Shown here piece after piece: positions 57,225-64,000 of a DNA stretch of 64,000 bases (positions are counted from its first letter, which is position 1; each line of letters starts with the position of its first letter). The stretch is from a virus: IMG/VR virus record IMGVR_UViG_3300019124_000103, positions 18,501-82,500 of that record. One strand, 5' to 3'. The translations under genes were made by a program, and so were the position numbers. The notes beneath the pieces were generated by a model, which had not been told where the DNA came from, searched no databases, and was given only the letters and a program-made list of their open reading frames with translations.

Positions 57225-59174
57225 ATGTACCTACTGCAAAACCTCCCGCAGCGTATCACGGACAGCAACGGCAACGTATGTGCCGGCGCCAAGGTCTACA
57301 CCTACGTCACCGGGACGACGACGCTCAAGACGTCCTATACGGATCAGGCGGGGCTGGTGCCTCACCCGAATCCGATCATTCTGGGCTCTGACGGGCTGAT
57401 GCCGCAGATTTGGCTCAACAGCGACGCGGAATATCGCATCCAGGTCCGGCAGTCGGATGACACCGTGCTTCATAGCTGGGATGACATCAGCGGGATTGAA
57501 GGAGCGGGCGCGTTGCGGGTTGAACTCGCCAGCTCTTCCATCGCCTCCGAAGGCTCAGGTATGTTGGGGCACTCCGACCTGTTGTCCTACGCCACTGGCA
57601 CATCGGGTCGCAAGATCGCCGACCGCATCAGTTTCCGGGGATGCGGTTGCAAGGGGGATGGCACGGACGACACAGCCGCACTCAATATCGCGCTGAGTGC
57701 GGCTGCGGTTCTACAGGTGCCGATTGATGGGGATGGTCGGACATTTGGAGTGACCGGGGACATCACACTGCCCTCGTGGTGCTGGATTCGCAACGCGAAG
57801 TTCAGGCAACTTGCTCCGAACGCTTCAAACCGTCGCACCTTGTACCAGAACGCCGGCACGTTCTGTCGCCTTGATGACGTGACCGTCAACCGTAATGGTG
57901 ACGGCAGCGGCGGGTCCTTGCAGAACGCCGCAGGGATCTACCTTTCTAATTGCCCGAGGGTGGTTCTCAACTATGTTGAGGTATACGGAAACGATTTCGG
58001 CAACGGAATCGTCGTGATTGACTGCGACCGTGCAGAACTGATCCACCCCTATGTCCACGACATCACGGGCGGCACCGCCGGCAGCGCGGCCATCACTGAC
58101 GACACCATCCAGGGGATTTGGATTCAGCGCGGCAATCGGGTGACGATCGATCATCCTCGCGTAGAAAACTTGCTGAACCGGTGGAGCGGTCAGGCCGCAT
58201 TCAACCGGTACACGCGCGGCATCACTGTTGGCGGCACAAAGAACTGGGCTATTACGTCCCCCATGGTGGAGAACGTCGATCAAGGCATCGACGTTACGGG
58301 AGACGAGAACGCGGAATTTTTCGAGGTAACGGGTGGCGTCCTGTCCAACTGCTACACGTGGGGGGCGAAGTGCGCCAACAGTGTGCAGAACGGGTCGTTT
58401 ATCGGCACGGTGGCTTATCGCTGCGGCCAGGCTGGTTTTGTGGCGAGCGCGCCTTCGATTGTGATGGCGGAACAAACGCAGCGCATCTCCTTCGTGGGAT
58501 GCCGTTCGCTGCAAACCGGTTTTGGCGGCGTGTGGACTGCTATCGCCAACGTCGCCGGATTCCGTGTTGCCAACACAGTCGCCTACCCCACATTTCCGAG
58601 AGCCATAAAGTTCATCGGCTGCTCTGCTGACGGTGCGGGCGGCACGATGGAGTACGGGTTCTTCAACGACTCCACGGTTGGCACAACGGATGGGGAAGAC
58701 TGGGTGGAGGTGGTGCACTGCGACTCCTCTGGCGAGACCGTAGCGAAGTTCTTTGGCTTCCATGCCGGCTTCGCTCGTCGGTCTCGCGTCTCCTCTCTGG
58801 CAATTCCGAACGGCGCATGGACGGCTGTTGATTGGGACGACAACGCCGACCTGATGAGCGGGGTTTCCTCAACAAACGCCATCGTTGCCAGGCGCTCGGG
58901 CATCTGGCAAGCGACGGCCGGCGTTTCTTGGGCGAGCAATGCCACTGGCACACGGGGCGTGCGGGTCAAGGTCAACGGCGTTGTTGTCACCGGGTCGCAA
59001 GTTCGCATTACCGCTTCTGACGCCAATCAAAAGGACATTAGCACCTCCGTTGCGTTTCAGGCGGCACAGGGGGACACGGTGACGGTCGAGGCGTACCAGG
59101 ACTCAGGGGGCGCCTTGAACATGCTGACGGGCTCTGCTTTCAGGCTCGCTCTTATCTCCGCTGGCCAGGCGTAA
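57225..59174 (+). CDS. Tailspike, unit 2
   Basis: Conserved N-terminus; GCKGDGTDDTAAL beta-helix start; C1q-like C-terminus. Confidence 0.8.
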   Translation: MYLLQNLPQRITDSNGNVCAGAKVYTYVTGTTTLKTSYTDQAGLVPHPNPIILGSDGLMPQIWLNSDAEYRIQVRQSDDTVLHSWDDISGIEGAGALRVELASSSIASEGSGMLGHSDLLSYATGTSGRKIADRISFRGCGCKGDGTDDTAALNIALSAAAVLQVPIDGDGRTFGVTGDITLPSWCWIRNAKFRQLAPNASNRRTLYQNAGTFCRLDDVTVNRNGDGSGGSLQNAAGIYLSNCPRVVLNYVEVYGNDFGNGIVVIDCDRAELIHPYVHDITGGTAGSAAITDDTIQGIWIQRGNRVTIDHPRVENLLNRWSGQAAFNRYTRGITVGGTKNWAITSPMVENVDQGIDVTGDENAEFFEVTGGVLSNCYTWGAKCANSVQNGSFIGTVAYRCGQAGFVASAPSIVMAEQTQRISFVGCRSLQTGFGGVWTAIANVAGFRVANTVAYPTFPRAIKFIGCSADGAGGTMEYGFFNDSTVGTTDGEDWVEVVHCDSSGETVAKFFGFHAGFARRSRVSSLAIPNGAWTAVDWDDNADLMSGVSSTNAIVARRSGIWQATAGVSWASNATGTRGVRVKVNGVVVTGSQVRITASDANQKDISTSVAFQAAQGDTVTVEAYQDSGGALNMLTGSAFRLALISAGQA

Positions 59175-59179
59175 ATGCG

Positions 59180-59392
59180 ATGAGCCTCAACGACCTGCCG
59201 CACGCGGCATCACATGTGCATGACCCGCGGGTAAAGCTCGCAACAGCCTGGGGAGGCGTGGGCGTGTCAGAAATTCTCGGTGCCTTCGGCATCAACTCGT
59301 GGAGCGACTTCGCGGCGATGCTTGCTGCGATTTACTCGCTCATCCTCATCATTGAATGGGCCTGGAAGAAGGCGAAGGGGCGAAAGAAGTGA
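59180..59392 (+). CDS. Putative holin
   Basis: Near-identical to 21261-21473. Confidence 0.6.
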   Translation: MSLNDLPHAASHVHDPRVKLATAWGGVGVSEILGAFGINSWSDFAAMLAAIYSLILIIEWAWKKAKGRKK

Positions 59393-59589
59393 AGAAGAAG
59401 CAACCCCAAGACGAAGGGCCGCGCTGCGGCTCTTGCTACTTCTGGCACTGTGAAGACGGGGGCGACATTGGGGAGTGCTTCGGTACACCGCCGAAGACGG
59501 TGATAGAGGACGACGAGAGTTGGTACAACGAGCGCAGCACGACGTTGCGCACGGATTACCCCTGTTGGTTCTTCCGGGCCAAGCAATGA
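59389..59589 (+). CDS. Small Cys4 protein
   Basis: Homolog of 21470-21670. Confidence 0.6.
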   Translation: MKKKQPQDEGPRCGSCYFWHCEDGGDIGECFGTPPKTVIEDDESWYNERSTTLRTDYPCWFFRAKQ

Positions 59590-60758
59590 TTGACCCCGCC
59601 TTGAAGGAGTGGGCCACCGAAGCCCAGGCCCGCTACATCGATGCGGTGATCGAACACGGCGGGTATCGGGCAGCGGCTCGTGTGCTTGGGGTTGCTGACA
59701 CGACGGTCAAGCGCTCCATTGACGCACTGAAGGCTAACGCTGCACTTCGAGGGTACTCGCCGGCTCACCAGATGAGCCACCCCGTACCCGCGGGGTATCT
59801 GGTCAAGGGGGTTTCGACCTACTACGACGAGGACGGCAAACCTCGGGGGCAGTGGGTGAAGTCCACTCTTGACCGCTCGAGGGCAGCCGACATTGCTCGA
59901 GCAGGAATCGAAGCGCTACAGGAAGAGGTTAGGGGGCTGGCGCCGATCACTCCGCCACCAAAACACGTGCTCGAGCAGATTCTTGCGGTGTACCCACTGG
60001 GCGATCCGCACTTTGGCATGTACGCCTGGGCTCGAGAGTGCGGCGAAGACTTCGATCTCGAGCACGCAGAGCGGCTGACCCTTGGGGCAGTGGACCGCCT
60101 TGTGTACACCGCGCCCCAGGCTGAGACGGCGATTCTCCTGCCGCTCGGGGATGTTTTCCACGCCAACGACCAGACCAACCAGACGCCGGCCCACAAGCAC
60201 CAACTCGACGTTGACTCGAGATTTGTGAAGGTGCTCCAGGTTGGCGTGAAGACATTCCGCCACGCGATCCTGCGCCTTCTCGGGAGGCACCGGAAAGTGA
60301 TCGTCCGGTTCGTCCAAGGGAACCACGACCCGGAGGCGGTGTGGGCTCTGGCGCTCACGATTGCCGCTTACTTCGAGAACGAGCCTCGAGTCTGCGTCGA
60401 TCTTTCGCCGTCAAAGTTCTGGTTCTACCGCTTCGGCAAGGTGCTGATCGGCGCCACCCACGGCGACACCTGCAAGCCAGAGATGCTGATGGGCGTGATG
60501 GCGGCGGATCGCCCGGAGGACTGGGGCAAGACCAAGCACCGCTACTGGTACTGCGGCCACGTTCATCACTCGAGCGTCAAGGAATATCCAGGCGTCACGG
60601 TCGAAACCTTCCGCACCCTGGCAGCGAAAGACGCCTATGCGGCGAGCCACGGCTATCGGGCGGGACGAGACATGCGGTGCATCGTTCACCACCTCGAGCA
60701 TGGCGAGATTGAACGGCATCGCTGTGATGTTGCGATGCTGGATGAGTGCGCCGCCTAG
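59586..60758 (+). CDS. HTH plus calcineurin-like metallophosphoesterase
   Basis: GDPHFG, LGDVFH, GNHD, HGD and GHVHH motifs; N-terminal YRAAARVLGV HTH. Confidence 0.85.
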   Translation: MIDPALKEWATEAQARYIDAVIEHGGYRAAARVLGVADTTVKRSIDALKANAALRGYSPAHQMSHPVPAGYLVKGVSTYYDEDGKPRGQWVKSTLDRSRAADIARAGIEALQEEVRGLAPITPPPKHVLEQILAVYPLGDPHFGMYAWARECGEDFDLEHAERLTLGAVDRLVYTAPQAETAILLPLGDVFHANDQTNQTPAHKHQLDVDSRFVKVLQVGVKTFRHAILRLLGRHRKVIVRFVQGNHDPEAVWALALTIAAYFENEPRVCVDLSPSKFWFYRFGKVLIGATHGDTCKPEMLMGVMAADRPEDWGKTKHRYWYCGHVHHSSVKEYPGVTVETFRTLAAKDAYAASHGYRAGRDMRCIVHHLEHGEIERHRCDVAMLDECAA

Positions 60759-60901
60759 TTATCCAACAGATTAGAGGCTGTTGTATAGCGAAACAGCCTC
60801 CAAGCTGTTGCTCCGAATTCGCGGTTCGTGAATTCCGAATCAGCCGGCCCCTCGCCGCCAGGGACCGTGCCGTGTCTTTCTGACGGCTTCAGGAGTCCCC
60901 C
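60759..60901 (+). promoter_or_regulatory. Conserved multi-hairpin intergenic element, copy 2
   Basis: Same four hairpins as 22426-22569. Confidence 0.5.
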
Positions 60902-61102
60902 ATGAAAAAGCTGATCGCCGCGCTTGCGGTGTGCATTGCCGTGCCTGTCGTTGCCATCGAGGTGACGCTGACCCCCGAAGAACAGCAGCTCTGCGACGAA
61001 CAAGGCGGCTGTGTGTTCGCCACCCGTCAGCACATCCTGGCTTTGATCGAGCGGGCATTCACCGAAGGGGTCAAGCGTGGACAAGCCAAGTGCAGCTTGT
61101 AA
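60902..61102 (+). CDS. Small exported protein
   Basis: Copy of 22570-22770 with many synonymous changes. Confidence 0.7.
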   Translation: MKKLIAALAVCIAVPVVAIEVTLTPEEQQLCDEQGGCVFATRQHILALIERAFTEGVKRGQAKCSL

Positions 61103-61277
61103 GCCATACGCCTGGGCCGTCGAGTATTCCAAAGGACTCGGCGGCCTTTTCTTTGACCGTGCCCGCGCCGACCAGGCTGCGGTGAACCTGCACGGCGTTG
61201 TCGTGCCTCTTTATGACCACCCAAAAGAAGACTGCCGCTGCCCTTGCCATCGCGGTGGCGATTGCTGCGCCGTTTGA
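61077..61277 (+). CDS. Small hypothetical protein
   Basis: Identical protein to 22745-22945. Confidence 0.45.
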   Translation: MDKPSAACKPYAWAVEYSKGLGGLFFDRARADQAAVNLHGVVVPLYDHPKEDCRCPCHRGGDCCAV

Positions 61278-61671
61278 GGGCCTGAGGAATTGGGCCTACC
61301 GAGATCCCGTAGGAATCCCAACCATCTGCTTTGGCTCAACCAAAGGTGTGAGGATGGGGGACTACAAGACCACGGCCGAGTGCAAAGCCCTGCTTACCCA
61401 CGAAATGCAGGAGTTTGTCGAGACGGTGGACCGATGCGCGCCGGGGCTGCCCCCTAACGCCCTGGCGGCCTTCTCGTCGGCGGCTTTCAATGTGGGGCCG
61501 GCCCTGACTTGTGGTGACACCACGGCGGCCAGGCTGTTGAGGCAAGGTCGCTGGCGGGAGGCCTGTGACCAACTCCCCCGCTGGAACAAGGCCCGGGTGG
61601 CGGGTCAGTTGGTGGAGTTGCCGGGGCTTACCAAGCGGCGGGCGGCCGAGCGGGAGTTGTGTTTGTCATGA
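61213..61671 (+). CDS. GH24 lysozyme, probable SAR endolysin
   Basis: Two substitutions relative to 22881-23339. Confidence 0.92.
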   Translation: MTTQKKTAAALAIAVAIAAPFEGLRNWAYRDPVGIPTICFGSTKGVRMGDYKTTAECKALLTHEMQEFVETVDRCAPGLPPNALAAFSSAAFNVGPALTCGDTTAARLLRQGRWREACDQLPRWNKARVAGQLVELPGLTKRRAAERELCLS

Positions 61672-62093
61672 GCCTGCCTGCCCGAATCCTCGCTTGTCTC
61701 CTTGCGCTGGTGGTGGCGTTCTCGTTCGGTTGGGGAACGCATGCACGATTCCAGCAGAGGAAAGCGCTGAAGCTGGCCTTAGAGGCGGAACAGGAGGCGC
61801 GCCGGATTGAGCAAAAGCGCGCCGCCATGCAACAGGAAATCCAAGATGCCAAAGACCGCGAACTGCGCCGCGTACATGCTCGCCTTGCTGATGCTCTTGA
61901 GCGGCTGCGCAACCGCCCCGAGCGCCTGCCCGAACCCGCCCGCACCGCCTGCGCCGGTTCCACTGGGGCCGAGCTTTCAGGAACGGATGCAGCTTTTCTT
62001 GTCCGGGAAGCCGCCAGAGCCGATTCCCTCAGAGCCGAGCTTGCCGCCTGCCAAGCCAGAGAGGTAGCTAGCCGAACGGCCGCCACACCTTGA
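61668..62093 (+). CDS. Rz-like spanin, unit 2
   Basis: TM segment plus coiled coil; LRNRPER...TGAEL...EAARAD motif. Confidence 0.8.
   Translation: MSLPARILACLLALVVAFSFGWGTHARFQQRKALKLALEAEQEARRIEQKRAAMQQEIQDAKDRELRRVHARLADALERLRNRPERLPEPARTACAGSTGAELSGTDAAFLVREAARADSLRAELAACQAREVASRTAATP
61846..62067 (+). CDS. Rz1-like lipoprotein spanin embedded in Rz
   Basis: Lipobox LLSGC; Pro-rich; +1 frame inside Rz. Confidence 0.75.
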   Translation: MPKTANCAAYMLALLMLLSGCATAPSACPNPPAPPAPVPLGPSFQERMQLFLSGKPPEPIPSEPSLPPAKPER

Positions 62094-62532
62094 TCCCGGC
62101 AGCCACGCAGCGCATGGTGCAGTCCTCCGTGCCCCTCCCGCCCGGGAATGCAATGGCCCCGGTGGCGCCCGCGGCAACCATGCGCTGATTCCGCTCCGGC
62201 CCAGCCTTCGGGCCGAGCGCGCGCCAGTCCGCATCGAATCGCTGCACGTCCACCCCGCGCTCCCGCGCCCATTCGTCGGCCAGCGCGTCAGCGCCCGTCG
62301 GGCAGGCGCCGTGCACCAGTAATGTGATCCGCCGCCTGGAGTGCGCGAGATCGAGGGCGGCAAACACCCGCTCCCGGTCCTCGTAGTCCCGGCCGCCGGT
62401 GACGATCACGACATGCCGGTCGGGGTGGTGGCGCAGCCAGGCGATGTGCGCGGCCAGCATCGACTCGCGCGTGCTGACGGGCGGCCCTGGCGGTGATGGG
62501 CCGATGACTGGCGGATAGGACGGGTTGCCCAT
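62068..62532 (-). CDS. DUF2493/YspA-like SLOG protein
   Basis: Near-identical to 23713-24231. Confidence 0.85.
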   Translation of the reverse strand: MGNPSYPPVIGPSPPGPPVSTRESMLAAHIAWLRHHPDRHVVIVTGGRDYEDRERVFAALDLAHSRRRITLLVHGACPTGADALADEWARERGVDVQRFDADWRALGPKAGPERNQRMVAAGATGAIAFPGGRGTEDCTMRCVAAGIKVWRPFG

Positions 62533-62744
62533 CAGGGCATCGTAGCGTGCGGGGCGGGTGGCACAATCTCGTCTCGCGCTTGGTCGGACTGCGATTCGAC
62601 GGTTGGGGGCTCATCGCCCCCTTCTTTTTTGAGCGAGTTCCCGATCTTCTTCACGATCAGAGACACGATCTCGATGTCTTCCAGATCGGTTAGCTGCGTC
62701 AACGAGTCCAGGCCTGGGCCTTTGATGTGGACCGTGTAGGTCAT
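62532..62744 (-). CDS. Small hypothetical protein
   Basis: Coupled on both sides. Confidence 0.55.
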   Translation of the reverse strand: MTYTVHIKGPGLDSLTQLTDLEDIEIVSLIVKKIGNSLKKEGGDEPPTVESQSDQARDEIVPPAPHATMP

Positions 62745-63478
62745 TCGGCACTCCCTATTGCGGCTGCGGCTCGGCGCTTGTGCAGTTTTTTCCCAGGCAC
62801 GGCAGGCGTCAAGATCGCCTCTTCAATACTCCATCCGGCCGCCTCTCTGCTACGGGCCATGCCGGGAGGCAATCCCATCTCGCGCTCCCATGCCGAAATC
62901 GTCTGGGTCTTGCCGTTGATCGTCACCGGCCTGGCGACGCGAGTGTTGGAGTTCTGCTCTTCCGCGGTGGCCCAGCGCACGTTACCGGGCTCGTAGTCAC
63001 CGTTCACATCGATTCGGTCTACGGAGTACCCAGGCCCTGGGCGCGGCCCAACATCGGCCAGGAACGCTGTGAAGTCGGACTCCCACTTGGTGCAGACCTT
63101 GATGCCTCGCCCTCCGTAGTGCTCATACTCTTTCCGATTCGGGTTGTTGCAGCGCTGCTTCATTTGGACCCAGGCGCGATGCTCTGGCGTCTTGTTCAGC
63201 CCATGCTTCAAGCGCGGGACGACTGGACGCTTGGACCGGCCCTCGGCGAGAGTCTCCAGGTGAAGGCAGCCGCAACTCCTGGTATGCCCGGAGCGCAGCT
63301 TGTTGAGGTTCAGGCTCACCTCTTTGCCGCACTCGCACCTGCACAGAAACTGCCGCTTTCGCGGGTTAACGCGCTCTACCTCGCGCAGGACCGTCAGGCG
63401 CCCGTAGGCCTCACCAACGGGGTTCAGCAGCCCCGCAGCCCGTGCTGCTGCCTCCAGCATCTGTCTCGTGTCAGTCAT
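62741..63478 (-). CDS. HNH-type homing-endonuclease-like protein with termini of the 24801 gene
   Basis: YGRLTV...CRCECG...SCGC, YGGRGIKVC, SVDRIDVNGDYEPGNVRWAT. Confidence 0.85.
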   Translation of the reverse strand: MTDTRQMLEAAARAAGLLNPVGEAYGRLTVLREVERVNPRKRQFLCRCECGKEVSLNLNKLRSGHTRSCGCLHLETLAEGRSKRPVVPRLKHGLNKTPEHRAWVQMKQRCNNPNRKEYEHYGGRGIKVCTKWESDFTAFLADVGPRPGPGYSVDRIDVNGDYEPGNVRWATAEEQNSNTRVARPVTINGKTQTISAWEREMGLPPGMARSREAAGWSIEEAILTPAVPGKKLHKRRAAAAIGSAE

Positions 63479-63608
63479 TGCAGTGTCTCCAGGGGCGCTT
63501 GGGTCGTGGGAACGACCGGCCGGAGAGGCGCGAAAACACGTGCTGAAGAACTCAGCAGATATTCCCGCGAACTGCCGGCAAACCCGCGCCGATACTCACT
63601 TGTGGGCT

Positions 63609-63657
63609 CAGATTGTGATTCTGGTTGTCGTGGGTTCGAGTCCCATCAGCCACCCCA
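63609..63657 (+). pseudogene. tRNA-His(GTG) 3' fragment = prophage attR
   Basis: CAGA-TTGTGAT-TCTG anticodon arm, GTGGG-TTCGAGT-CCCAT T arm and CAGCCACCCCA end; 5' acceptor strand and D arm absent. Confidence 0.88.
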
Positions 63658-63669
63658 AGAAGATCGACG

Positions 63670-63697
63670 ATTAGGCGCCACGGGCGCCTAATTTTTT
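63670..63697 (+). terminator. Host tRNA-locus terminator
   Basis: ATTAGGCGCC-ACG-GGCGCCTAAT followed by TTTTT. Confidence 0.8.
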
Positions 63698-63751
63698 GCC
63701 TGAAGCGCTTCGTGCTTCAGCGTCCGGCCACTGTCGAGCGGCACCGCGCGG

Positions 63752-64000
63752 TCACTGCAGCGGCGCCTGGCCTTTCTCGAGGAACACGCTCTTGCAAGCG
63801 GGGCACATCTGAGGGCTGGGCGCCGGCTGGGTGGAGTGCTCCAGATGGCCGCAGTCCGCACAGCGCCACAAGCGCGCCCGCAGCGGGTCGGTGGGGTCGT
63901 ACGGAACGGCCCGCGGGGCGGAAAAACTGTCGAGGTTCATGCCCTTGCCGGGCAAGCCCTGTGCCAGCCGCGAGCGCGCTGCGTCAATCGTCGGTGTCAC
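63752..64000 (-). CDS. Host protein C-terminus with rubredoxin-like Zn ribbon (probably truncated by window)
   Basis: WRCADCG...CPACK. Confidence 0.5.
   Translation of the reverse strand: MTPTIDAARSRLAQGLPGKGMNLDSFSAPRAVPYDPTDPLRARLWRCADCGHLEHSTQPAPSPQMCPACKSVFLEKGQAPLQ

Larger units (their letters stand above)
1..63657. mobile_element. Composite prophage region (two related podovirus-like temperate phage units); left end outside window, right end at tRNA-His att
   Basis: Two sets of terminase/portal/capsid/tail/lysis genes, one integrase and one immunity region; tRNA-His 3' fragment at right boundary. Confidence 0.92.

Noticed and set aside
62741-63478. Intein or self-splicing intron in the MTDTRQ gene
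   Set aside because: No Cys/Ser at the insert start, no His-Asn at its end, and the original core is replaced rather than interrupted
12216-63493. Simple tandem duplication of one prophage
   Set aside because: Shared blocks carry many synonymous differences and alternate with unrelated modules, so the units are distinct phages
63582-63657. Intact tRNA-His gene
   Set aside because: Anticodon arm, T arm and CCA end are present, but the upstream sequence cannot form the acceptor 5' strand or D arm; treated as an att duplication
1-64000. CRISPR array, diversity-generating retroelement or invertible tail-fibre shufflon
   Set aside because: No regularly spaced repeats, reverse transcriptase, adenine-specific TR/VR pair or invertase seen; the duplicated blocks are gene-scale homologies between two phages

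Overview
High-GC, probably betaproteobacterial (Burkholderiales-like; inferred) DNA that is almost entirely prophage. It holds two related but mosaic podovirus-like temperate phage gene sets in the same orientation. Unit 1 (1-~25150) runs from a 5'-truncated terminase through portal, scaffold, capsid, tailspikes, P22-gp10-like and ejection genes, lysis and rightmost accessory genes. A dusA-type tyrosine integrase follows, with an apparently unrecombined attP (a dusA 5' replacement fragment not followed by dusA). Next come a complete early region (recombination genes, cI/cro switch with five 17-bp operators, replication, Q-like gene) and unit 2 late genes with a different head module but closely related tail and lysis genes. 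The region ends at a tRNA-His 3' fragment (attR, 63609-63657) followed by host DNA. The best reading is a ~38 kb dusA-type phage recombined into a tRNA-His prophage, though misassembly is possible. Notable accessory systems: (i) both units pair a depolymerase-like virion gene with an antisense PEP-CTERM (exosortase-target) gene that has a sigma54-like promoter; (ii) both carry an unannotated ~55-aa antisense membrane peptide at the end of the variable ejection gene (superinfection-exclusion candidate); (iii) a LexA-box-controlled STAS-like gene converges on a repressor lacking an autocleavage domain; (iv) a conserved multi-hairpin element precedes the endolysin region. All family calls come from motif recognition by eye, with no database searches.
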